64,000 nucleotides of DNA, taken from positions 42,794,182 to 42,858,181 of the forward strand of contig NC_068985.1 of the NCBI RefSeq assembly GCF_001194135.2, given 5' to 3'. Shown here in pieces: positions 1 through 11,411 of this stretch. Source of the DNA: Octopus bimaculoides (lineage: Eukaryota). Every line of letters starts with the position of its first letter. Position 1 is the first letter of the stretch. The notes beneath the pieces were generated by a model. That model was given only the letters and a program-made list of their open reading frames with translations. It made no database searches and had not been told where the DNA came from. A program made the translations under genes and the position numbers.

Positions 1-233
1 GGCACATAAAAGACACCATTTCGAGCGTGGCCGTTTTCGTGCGGGTGACACGTAAAAGCACCCACTACACTCTCTGAGTGGTTGGCGTTAGGAAGGGCAT
101 CCAGCTGTAGAAACTCTGCCAAATTAGATTGGAGCCTGGTGTTGCCATCCGGTTTCACCAGTCCTCAGTCAAATCGTCCAACCCATGCTAGCATGGAAAG
201 CGGACGTTAAACGATGATGATGATGATGATGAT
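1..233 (+). mobile_element. SINE family A (RTE-like 3' tail ending in (GAT)n), 5' part cut off by the window edge
   Basis: ...cccatgctagcatggaaagcggacgttaaacg(atg)n tail; near-identical inverted copy at 17606-17918. Confidence 0.85.
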
Positions 234-354
234 ATAAAGCAGAAGAGATGGCTTACTTTTTCTAGATAAAATAGATATTCTTATAATGTGGAGTATATAA
301 TCTCTCTACTGTTTAATTAGTTTGTAAATTCTGGGATTTCTTCTTACTTTCCAG

Positions 355-486
355 GTTTCTCGAATTCGGAATAGGTATGTCTCAGTGAATGGTTATTCAT
401 TCTTAGCACCAGAATGTCAGCAACAATCTTCAGTAGAACCATGTCCTGCCACAGATGTCTATCAATTAGGCTTAATGACTTTACTG
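355..486 (+). CDS. kinase exon, subdomains VIII-IX (44 codons, phase 0-0)
   Basis: ttccag|GTTTCT acceptor, CTG|gtaat donor; encodes FLAPE and DVYQLG. Confidence 0.9.
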
Positions 487-3400
487 GTAATATACTTTTT
501 CTCTCTTCTAACCCTCATAGCAATTTGTTTTACTTCACTTTTGATATCTTAAGATATTTTTTTTAAAAACTTTGCCTTGATAACTCTTTTTTTCTGTCTA
601 ATTGTGTGTAACATATTTATATACATTTACACCACTTGCTTTATAGTTGTTTATCTTAGCCTGGTAGATTTTTTTTTTTTTTCCAAAGTTGGTCTGACAT
701 GACCTCATTTAGCACTACCACTGGGCTGTTAAGTACCTTGAATTGTGTTTATTCTGTTGCAAGTATTTAAACTAGACTCTTTGTTTCTTCCTTGGACTAA
801 ATTTTCCTGAATACATTGATATACAAATGTTCAAGCTGGATATCAGATATACCAATATCACTGGTCTGAGGGACACTGACTGAAAAATATTCAGGCTTAT
901 CACTCACTGTCACTAGTCTGGAAGACATTGACTTTGAAAGTAAAATAATGTTCTACTCTTAAATAAATGACATTCTTCTAATGTCCTTTGTTTTTAAATA
1001 TTTATTTTATTTTTTCAGTGGCATGATCCAGAAAACAAACTTTCTAGTCTTACTGATTTATCAGAAACAGATTTTGTGAGTATATTTTGTTGATATATTT
1101 TTACAAAAATGTAGCCGCTAGCTCCTCAATTATTTTGTTATTTAGCTTACTTCACTTTTGTTTCCATGAATCAAAACAATGTCTTTAGGTGAGCCATACT
1201 CTAATGGTTTATCTTATTACATAACAATCTCCTCATTTTCTTTGTCAGTACTTCCATACTTGTCTGGATTGCTCTCTCTCTTTCTCTCTCTCTCTCTCTC
1301 ATTCCTACAGTTTTTTAAACACTTACCATTTCCTACTTCTAATTCCATACTGCATTACTTCCATAAAATCAGCATTCTTTATTTATCTATATTGTCTCAG
1401 AATCTTTTTACTTCGATCATTCCCAACAGGTTATATTGCCACACTTAGCTTTTGTTTAATTGTAATTAAATTACAAAAGCTCTCTTTTGAACAATTATTC
1501 CAATTTGTCATTGGTCATTGATTATTTTGATTGCTAAATAGTAATTATTGCTTGTTGACAACTCAGTATTGCTTAGTGAATGCAAAGAAAGAAAGAAAAT
1601 GACATACAAGTTAGAAATCTTATATTCTACAATATACTTTTAGATGTGTGTAGTGGGTGTAGCCTAGGAAATTAACCTCAGTGTATTACAGGTATTCATA
1701 TATTTGACTGCAGAGAGATGGGAAACGAAATTTACCTTGTTGAGATTGAAAGTCAAGATAAATACATATGAAACTGAATTATGTCATTTTCTGCACTCTC
1801 ATCCCCTCCATTACCCCTCAACATTATAATCATCATTTTAATAGCCACTTTTATGCTTGCATCAGTCAGGTGCAGTTTATTGAGGCAGATTTTCTACAGC
1901 TGGATGCCTTTCGTGTTAGCAACCCTTATTATCTTGACTGTTTTCCAAGCAAGGAAATAATTCCCCATAGCCTGACGTTCTCGCAGAATATTGGAAATGA
2001 ATGATACTGCTTGTATGACAGTGATACTCATTTTCAGACAAGGAGACAGACACACAAACACACATACACAATGGGCTTTTTTCAGCTTCCATCCACCAAC
2101 ACATACAAGGTTTTGGTTGACCTGGGGCTATTGTAGAAAGCTGGAACCATGTGGTTGTAAATGGATTTTTTTTTTTCGAAAAACAAAACATAAACATCTA
2201 TGAAGAATATATTCTATGAGATTCCTGTAAAATGTTGTAAATTCTTGTTTTAAATAATTTATGAATTTTCTTTTCAGCCAACTCCTGTGAAGCTTTTCCT
2301 CCAGTATTGTCTTCGAGAAGATCCTCGTATGAGAGTATCAGTCAATCAATTATTGGCCTCTGAATATCTTAACTTGCAGATTAATGAAACTCCAGCAGAC
2401 TCTCACGAATCACAAACAAATTCAAAGTAAATATTTTATAATGTTTTTTTAATGCAAAGTGATATTAACCATTATAAAGGCACTGCTTCAACATAGTCAA
2501 AACAAATTAAAGGATCAAAAGCACCAGTTTTAGACTGAAAAAAAAAAGGAGCCAGCTCAACAGTGGGGCTTGTTTCTCTTTTCAGTCTCAAAGTGATGAT
2601 TATATGTCTGTTTTATATATTTTGGAAAAGGTACAAGATGTTTGGAATACTTTCTTGTCTAACTCTTTAGCATCCAGATTACTCTGTCTAATGTCATGCT
2701 TATTTATTCACATTGTTTTGAATTAATCATGCATTATTTGGTAGCTTCAAAATTTTGTTTGTTTTTAGAATGACATTGTAGGATAAGTGTGAGAGGCCAG
2801 ATCTGGCCAGTTTGAACATAAAACAAGTAGAAAATTCAACTCAGAAATGGCTTGTTTAAATACTAAAGGGTTAAACTGATTCTATTTTCATTTGATGACC
2901 TAATTCTAAAGTTTATTAATGAAACCACAAAACCATTTATAAGCCAAATAGTTTCTACATGCTATTTAGTGTACAAATCTTCTGGCATTGCCTCTAACTT
3001 TTAGATAGCAATGCCTATATCTGAGTGAATGAGAGGATGTGTTTGTGTTACAAATCGATAAACATTGATGAAATGGCAGTGTTTCATTTGACTTGTCATA
3101 AGAACATCATGATTGTATGAGGTTTTGGGCTATACTGTTCTATGCTAATTTATTGCATGTTGATGCACATCAGTATTCAGTTACATCAGCCTCAGCACTT
3201 TATTTTATCAACCTTGGAAGGATTAAATGTTAAAGGTTGCCCTTAAGATATAACTTGAGAATGTAAGGAGCCAGAAGAAGCATCTCAAGGCATTTTTCCC
3301 AATGTTCTAACAATTCTGCTAATGTATCAACCTGTTATAGACTGAAAATATTTAGGGAAATATTTACATGAATGTAAAATATTTCCTGTTGGTTTTAGTT

Positions 3401-5497
3401 ATTAATTTAAATTTGAGAAAAATATATTTTGTTTAAAAAATTGGTAGGCAAATTTACTGTAGGATTACTGAATATTTAACTTCATGTTCAAGTATTACTT
3501 AATTTATATTATTATAAACCTTTTTTCCACTTTGTTGTATAAATAAATACCAAACATTTTCTCTTTATAGCTCACCTTGTTCATCTCCTCAAGAAAGTCC
3601 TGTACAACTGAATTCTTCTTTATCCGGTTTAGTCCATCCTGATAACTACAACTCACCCACAGAGGACAATGGCTGTAAACAAGCATCTATTTCATCTGAT
3701 GACTCTATAGTAACAAGTATCTATGAAAACCTGCAGTCTCCTGTTTCCAATGTTGTACAGCAGCTTTCTAAAATGATGCAACTTTCAGATTTGTATTCAA
3801 ATTGTCATCAATCTCCTATTGATCTGAGTTCATTACAATTTGATAATCTTCAAGCGATGTCTGACCAAGCCACAAACCAAATGAACATGGCACAGATGTC
3901 ATTTCACCAAATGAGTGAAGTTGGTGACAACACTTCTGCTGGTTCTAATCTGCTTAACAATACAACCCATGAGGAATTTTTCGATGGTTCAATCGCAGAT
4001 TGTGGTTTGAACTCAACTCCACCTCTCACTCCTATGCCAGCAGACTTTACTCAAACAACTTCCTTCTCACATTCAGATAGTAGTGGAAATTCTTGCTCTT
4101 TTTCAAACACGCCCAATCTTGAAGATGGACTTTGCCATGACAGTAATCATCTTGATAATGAAGATAGTAGTTTATTACAAAATAGAGACTCTACTCAAAT
4201 TCAACCTCAAGATACGCTCTCTCCAACATCCCCTTTGCCACATCTTGACACAGCTTGTATAGGTGAGTAAATTAAACTTCTGACCAGAAATCTTTTTAGT
4301 AGTGGCACAGTTATAGTTTTGAAGTGCCAAGAAGTTCACTTACCATTGTCTACCTCCATTACTATCTTTTACTTTTCACAACCCTCTCACAATTTCTACC
4401 ATCATACTCTAGTTACCTTCAGTCAAGAATCTTGGTTCTTTTATCATTGCTTTCTCTTCTATTCATTTTTTTTTGTTTAGTTCCAAGAAATTCACTTTCC
4501 ATTGTCTACTTCCGTTACTATCTCTTACTTTCCCCAACACTCTCACCCCTGTCACAATTTCTACCATCATACTCTTGTTACCTTCACTCAAGAATCCTGG
4601 TTCCTTTAACATTGCTTTCTCTTCTATTCAGCCCCTTGATCATATGGCTTTGAGTAAATAAACACTTCATTGAGTAGTGAGGACTCTTTAGTTTTGCAGA
4701 TATAGAGTAACCTCACTAATGGTGGTGCCATGATAAAATGTATCTTGAGTGCTTTTAACAGTCTATGTTATTTTAAGGTCTCTGGTCTAAGGATAACAGC
4801 ATGCTACTAGTCGAAGGGGCCACAAAAATGTCCATGAGTGATGCAATTTCATATTTGGCTACTAAACTATTTTAAAAAACAGATGGGTGGAAAACAGTTA
4901 TTTTAAGAGGCACTGTACAGCACCTTGGGCAAGTGTTTATCTTCACATGTTACATAAAATATCTATTTTACAATAACACTGTCAGTTGTTTGCTGTCAGG
5001 GCACTGCATTCTTCCAAAATTTGCTAACACTACCTTCTACACATCTTTGCTTCCTTTCCTCTTTATGACTTCTGTACTTTTCACTTTTATTTTTGTGTAC
5101 TGTGTATGTACTTTTGGCTTTTGTTTCTGTCTTTCTTTTATTGACTTATTCCCATTTTTTGTCCCACTTTTTACCCATTTCCAATTAGTTATATTATATC
5201 AGAGATCTGTGCTCATTATTATTTTAACAACGAAATGACATTTTAAATTTTCAGACCCAGACCCCCTCATATCTCATATTAGTGGAATTTTGTAGCCTAG
5301 TTCATAAACTGTTTCCTTAAATCATAGACTTGTTTTTGTCTTTAATATTTTTATTGTTAACTTTTCTACTTGAAGGTGCTGTGTCTGCTCAGGAACAATG
5401 TAGTCCACCTATAAATGTTCAAAATCTTCAGAATTCTATTTCTCAAGTAAATTCCTCACTACTTTCACAAGTGGAGCCTAACCAGATTAGTGGCTGA
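355..5497 (+). CDS. 3' part of a protein kinase/pseudokinase gene (5 coding exons: 355-486, 1019-1075, 2278-2426, 3571-4262, 5376-5497), tentatively STK31/TDRD8-like; the 5' part lies upstream of the window
   Basis: GT-AG exons join in frame: VSRIRNRYVSVNGYSFLAPECQQ..ATDVYQLGLMTLL|WHDPE..|PTPVKLFLQYCLREDPRMRVSVNQLLASEYL. These give the APE (VIII), DxYxxG (IX) and CL..DP..R (XI) kinase motifs, followed by a low-complexity tail. Confidence 0.85.
1019..1075 (+). CDS. kinase exon WHDPENKLSSLTDLSETDF (phase 0-0)
   Basis: tttttcag|TGG acceptor, TTT|gtgagt donor; in frame with neighbouring exons. Confidence 0.8.
2278..2426 (+). CDS. kinase exon, subdomain XI (phase 0-2)
   Basis: ttttcag|CCA acceptor; FLQYCLREDPRMRVSVNQLLASEYL; AA|gtaaat donor. 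Confidence 0.88.
2659..2874. mobile_element. piggyBac-type MITE family 1 (TTAA-CCCTTTAGCAT termini)
   Basis: left ctaa-ctctttagcat, right atactaaaggg-ttaa; related copies at 22183-22393 and 26508-26880. Confidence 0.75.
3571..4262 (+). CDS. large Ser/Gln/Asn/Asp-rich low-complexity exon of the kinase gene (phase 2-1)
   Basis: ctctttatag|C acceptor; 692-nt open frame containing ORF 3773-4270; AG|gtgagt donor; phase matches the 2426 donor. Confidence 0.8.
4324..4630 (+). repeat. two-copy tandem duplication, period ~155 bp
   Basis: ccaagaa.ttcactt.ccattgtctac...tctcttctattca occurs twice. Confidence 0.85.
5376..5497 (+). CDS. last coding exon of the kinase gene (GAVSAQEQCSPP...NQISG*)
   Basis: tttctacttgaag|GT acceptor in phase 1; TGA at 5495-5497; AATAAA signals downstream near 5707, 5797 and 5899. 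Confidence 0.75.
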
Positions 5498-5919
5498 ATT
5501 AACATTACAATGAAGATCTTATGCATCTGGTGTAAACAATACAGGGTATTAGATCTGGACATCTGGCAAAATATTATATGGAACATTATAGGAATTTAAT
5601 TTTGTTCCAGTTACTTTCAAAACAGCTTCTTTTAACTCAAATGAGTTTAAAGGAACTTTCACTTTTTTTTCTTAAATCTAATTTCTTTTATTTCAATTTC
5701 TTTTTTAATAAAAATTTTTTTTCATTTGTAAATATTCTTAATTTATTTTTTTATATTTTACTTAATTTTTTTAAAACTAGTTATTTCAATTACCATAATA
5801 AAAATATAATTTCCTGTGTGCTTTACTCAGCTCACCTTCCATTGTTTTTTTAATCCATTGTCATGATGAGGAAATATTTCAATGTTTATCATTAAAGCAA
5901 TAAAGACAAGGATAAATCT

Positions 5920-6120
5920 CTGACTCAAATAGACAAATCCATAACTGTTGTGAAACGAAGATATAATTGTCATATAGACAAATTTATGACTCAAAAAGAT
6001 AAATATATGACTTTCATAAATACAACAAGTCTACAAATGTCATAAGCAAAGCCATAAGTTATGACTGACATGAAGACAAACTTATGACTGTCATACACAA
6101 TGACAGATCTATAACTTATT
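5920..6120 (+). repeat. degenerate minisatellite, unit ~22 bp
   Basis: recurrent agacaaat.tatgactgtcat. Confidence 0.7.
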
Positions 6121-6237
6121 TAAATTTGATCTCAAATTATTTTCTCATGGTTTTTCTGTTTTTTTAAGAATACTCATTAGTTTTGAAGGTTATTCAAGTT
6201 GTGCATTTAACTGAACTATTTGTTCATTGAATTAGAG

Positions 6238-6405
6238 CAGTACTCTGCAACCTTTTTTTACTTGCAGCACACATATTCTTTTCAAAATTCAGCAGCACAC
6301 CTGAACTGAAAATATAACTAAAAGTATAAGGGAAAAAAAATTATATTTAGGTTACACTGCAGCACACCTAGCATCGTCTCATGACATGCCGGTTGCAGAG
6401 CTCTG
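6238..6405. mobile_element. hAT-type MITE with a perfect 8-bp target-site duplication
   Basis: TIRs cagtactctgcaacc / ggttgcagagctctg (13/15); TSD AATTAGAG at 6230-6237 and 6406-6413. Confidence 0.9.
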
Positions 6406-9400
6406 AATTAGAGTGTGTATGGCTAAGTATTCCTCGGACACATGTAATTTTAATGTTAGACAGAATCAGCATGAAACTTCACCAGTTCTGGTGCAATGGA
6501 AAAAGTACCCATTGCATTTTGTATAATGGTTGGCATTAGGAAGGGCATCCTGCTTTAGAAACAATGCTAAAACAGACATTGGAACACTATGCAGTCATGT
6601 GTGCAGTTGTGGCTAAAAGTTTGGAACATAGGTCTGAAAATTAGAATTTCATATATCTGAATTGAATTGAACTTGGACATAATTTTAATTTTAAAAACAA
6701 TGTTCCAAACAGGATTTTCAGAGTGATACGCAAGTGGGGGTGCTTTCATTTCATATTACCAGCAGCCGTTCCTCCCAGAAGAAGCATCATGATTTTTAAA
6801 AGCATTAAATCCAGCTGTTGATTTTTCTTCTCAAACTAAAAGTTCTAACAAGCATGAGTTTCTAGGAGAGTGCAGTTTCATCAGCATTGTATACTCATTC
6901 AGCTATGTAGCCTCCTTCAGCTATCAACTTTTTTTTCAGTTGCTCAGGATTAGTAGCAGCCTCTGTATCAGCACTGACAGCTTCACCAGTCATTATTATG
7001 ATGTGCAAATTTGAGTGTTTCAACCTTGAAAAGATTTCCCATAAGTTTTACTTTCCTTTTTCTACAAATTGTCATACAAACTTTTGGCTTTTTTAAAAAC
7101 CATTTTGTTTATTGCCTTTCATCCTGTCTAGGATCAGTAAATATAGTAGCAGTTTGCTTCTAGGATGTCAGTTCTCTCTCTTTCTAGTTATAATGAGCTG
7201 TGTTTAAATCTAGACAGGGAGGGATCCCAACAGGTTTAAAAATTACTCAAAACTTGCATTAATGGCACATCTACAACTGGGGGTGTAATACACACACGTA
7301 ACTAAATCTGACACTCACAAACTTTTCTGTAAAATATTTACTGTTTCGTTTCCTGCAAAACTCCAATGCAATTCTCACCAGTTTTTCATCCCATTAATAA
7401 AAACAATAGACAATATTAGAGATAGAAAAATGTTTTATTCAGTTGTATTTGCTTGCCAAGATTTTTGTACACTAGTTCCACAGATACAGCTTCTGGACAG
7501 TTGAAGAAATGGGACTTAGAACAACTTTATGGTCAGTTAGTAGATTAGATGTCTCCAATATTTGTAACAACAGCAGGAAATGGTGAAGAGATCAAATATT
7601 CCTAGTTATTCATGTAAAATGGTACATTTACAAGTGAAATCATTCAGTTATTGAGCATTTTCTCTCATTTGTTCCAAATTGTTGTGACAGTTTCTAAATT
7701 ATTGCTTCCTTGCAGAATGCTGTGACACAACTTGAAATTTAAAACTAACATTTCATAGAGTATTGTGCAATTACAAGGTTCATTTATAAAACTGCATCTT
7801 CATAAATTATCTGTATCCTAGATTAATTATATTTAAAAATTTGCACATATTTCTTAAATGCCAAAAAGTTGCATTTAGACATTACTAATGATATTTTAAA
7901 ATTTCTAAAAATGAGGTTTTCTTGTCTAAATTGATTTCAATCAAAGTATAGAAAGAATGCCATGTATTTTGATGGATATTAACTGTCAAATTCTAATGTA
8001 AATGATTTTAAGCAATATAGTTTTAATTTTCGAAATTGCTACATACAAATATTTGATTGAACACCAAAGACTTATGAAAGTAATGTTCAGTGTGTATAAA
8101 AAAATCATATGAAACCAAATAATTTAATGATATTTGTATGTATATCATCTGATTTATAATTTTTTTTAAAAACAGTGATTGAGTAAAAACATTGTTTAAA
8201 CTTCTTTGATAAGCTTCATTTGTTTTCTAGAACTCACACGAAATTTATTGATTAGATATTCCACATGAAGCAGAGTGTATTGCTTGATTTGTCAATATAA
8301 ATCACAGCTTTGTTTTGTGTATTTTTCTATATTTTAGAGGATCATCATTGTCATTAAAAGAATAAATTATTATTTGACCCATCCGTAAGAGCTACTACAA
8401 ACAATTAAAAAAAAATATTTTGCTTCAGTGCGTATTGGAAATAATATAATGTCTATTGCTGTAGGAATTGGAGTTATTTTACTTTATTGCACTTCAAACT
8501 TAAACCACTTAAAATGGATTAAGATTTTTTGATTATTAAAAATAATAAAATAAAAAAGAAATCTGAGAATACAAGCCAATGACTGGTTTAAACATTCAAT
8601 GAAATCTCGATTGTAAATATGAATCTTTCATTATTTTTTTACAGTTGGGTCATCTTAAATATCAGTCCAACATTAGACAACGAAGAGGATCATTTTTGTT
8701 CATACAGTTGGTGTGACCCACTCACTTTAAGATTCAGCCAACTTTGAACCAACCACAAAATGGTTTACAAGCCATCTCCTTTCATAGCAGTCCTAATTAG
8801 TAGCTTCTATTATCTTTTTTGTTCACTCAAGAAATCTTTAGCCATTTCTGGCACCACTAGAGATCAACAATTGTCTACATCTTATCATTCTGGAACTGGC
8901 AAGTAAGGTAAGGCAAAGAAATAGTAAGGACTCTGACAACATCCCCACTTTGGTCGTGTATGGTGATTAACCTTTAAAGGAAGACATTTTTGGGCGGGGG
9001 CGAAAATATATTGAATGTTATCATCTCCCTATTTTATATTTTGGAGAAATGTTGGGACAAAAAGGAAAGAATTTTTAATGACAATTGTTTTAGTCATGCA
9101 AGGCACTTTGTTTTGTTTTTTTTGTTGTTTTTATATTTTTGATTTAATGTGTTTCTTTCCTTTCTAGAACTGTTATTCCAGTTACAAAAGAAAATAGAAC
9201 AGGGAGAAATGATCGCAAAAAAGCATGCAAAAATAACTTTTCAACATCTGGACGGATTGTTTTATCACCAACATTAACTTTATATCTATTTAGTTTCCCA
9301 GGTTTGGCTGTTTCTTACTGTCAGGAGAACTAATCAATCTTTTATTATATATGTTAGAAATTATTATTATTATTTGCTAGAGATATAAGCCTTTTCAAAA

Positions 9401-10351
9401 TTGTATGGTTACAATCTTAAAATATTTTCACAATTTTAGCTCAGATTATGACAGTCTCTTTGAATGGATGCTGAAACCATGATGAATAAATATTTTATTC
9501 ATGGTTTTTCAAAAAATTATTCTGTTAGCATTAATTATAAATATGTGTGAGTTTGTTTATATAAAGCAAATTAGAATAGTTAACTCACAATCACTTTCCC
9601 TAGAAATCATAAAATGGAGTTGTTTCCAATGAATTGCTAGTATAGTATACAATAGTTTTATAGTGTTGATATTAAAGATCAAAATATGCTAGCAGAAAGA
9701 ATCAGTGATATGAAGTCAAACATTTTTTATTTATCTATAGCTAATATTTTATTATTTTGATTAGAAAACTTATAACTCTCTCTCAACTCATTAATTTAAA
9801 GCATCTTTAAAATAAAATGTTTACATCATTACAGATTAAAAATGTCATAATTTTGCTAGTAGTTGCAACAATTTTAACAACTGTTTTCATCCTATATTTC
9901 ATACAGCTTTAATTCTCAAACTGTTCAATAGCTTTTTTGTGTTTTGCCTTTTTAATTTTAATAATTTTTTTTTACATTAGTCTCAATAGTCGTCTTACAG
10001 TTTCTAACCATTGTTTAAAATTTCTTAATTTTTGACCTAAAAATAGTAATTTGTTGAAATAATCCAGACTGTAAAGATCATTAGTTTTTTTTCTATTTTT
10101 TTTTTAAAAACATTGATCAATAAGTTGTCTTTTAGAAATCACCTGTAAAATATGTTAGATCCCATGTAGTAATGTTTATTCAGAAGAACATTTCTCGAAA
10201 TTTAGTAGATTAAACCAAAAATCCTTCTTATGTTAAAACAATACTCAAGGATCATAATCTTCAAATATGCTGTTTAGCTAGCTTTTACCGCTAGTTGCAA
10301 GATGTGTGTGTGTTTGCAGAAAACATCAGATTAACCAGGTGTGTATATAGG

Positions 10352-10710
10352 TGCAGGTGTGGCTGTGTGGTAAGAAGCTTGCTTCCCAACCACATGGTTC
10401 TGGGTTCAGTCCCCCTGCATGGCACCTTGGGCAAGTGTTGTCTTCTATAGCCTCAGGCTGACCAGTCTTGTGAGTGAATTTGGCAGATGGAAACTGAAAT
10501 AAGCCTGTCGTGTATGTGTGTATATATATATATATATAGTTGAAATTTACAGAAAAGCAAAAGATGGGGCAGGTGTATGAACAACAAATTGGTGTATTAG
10601 ATTGATGCTCAGGAAAAAAGGCTTGAAAAGTAAGTCCTGGGGTTGATTTGTTCAGCTAAAACCCTTCAAGATGAGGCCCAACATAGCAGCAGTCAAATGA
10701 CTGAAAGATG
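10352..10710 (+). mobile_element. SINE family B copy with internal (TA)/(TG) tracts and a short Penelope-like insert
   Basis: head and 3' tail match 24529-24920; 10540-10615 resembles 39770-39850 reversed. Confidence 0.75.
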
Positions 10711-11262
10711 TGTGTGTGTGTGTGTGTGTGTATTTATGTATGCTTTAGGTTGTCAGATAAATACATTCACTTTTTTTTTCTACTTATCTTAATCCTAATT
10801 TTTCATCAAGTTTTAATAAACTAGTCAGTAATGTATTATTGACTGTGAGAATAGGTAATGAAAAATAAAGATAAAATAAATGGGAAAAAAAAACCCAAAT
10901 TAATCCGACAACCTTATGTGTGTGTATATTTGTGTATATATACACCTGATTAATTTATTTGTTTTTGGCAAATAAAAATCCTGTAAAAACAACCCTCCTT
11001 TCAGTGCAGCCATTTGGGAAATCTAACAGTAAATATTAAAGTAGTTTGGTGATCAAAACAAATAGAAAATTTTGGAAAAAAAAAAAATGACTAGAATAAT
11101 TGTTGATAGTTGTGATAGTCAACCATTGTCCAACAATAAGGCTGGCCATTGCCTCAGTCATTATAGCGAATAAATGCCATAATTACACTTGTATCTTTGG
11201 TACTATGAGGTGTCTGCACATATATGTGTGTATGCGTGTGTGTGTGTGTCTACTGGATTTTT

Positions 11263-11411
11263 TTACCATCGTCCACTTAAACTTCCCATGTCCACTCTTG
11301 GATTGTTCATCCATGCAGTAGCCTCGTTTTCCTGAAACGAGTTGTTTGAGTTTATTGCTGTCGATGCCGTCATTGCTGTTGTCGTAAGTTGGGGTTTCAT
11401 GTGATTCAACT
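11263..11411 (-). CDS. BICC1: BICC1 last coding exon (ELNHMKPQ...MGSLSGRW*)
   Basis: ttgtcag|AG acceptor; SGRW-stop terminus. Confidence 0.93.

Noticed and set aside
4324-4661. hydrophobic ORFs; also 1179-1448, 4933-5238 and 5578-5853
   Set aside because: T-rich intron or UTR composition and a local duplication explain them; no conserved motif.
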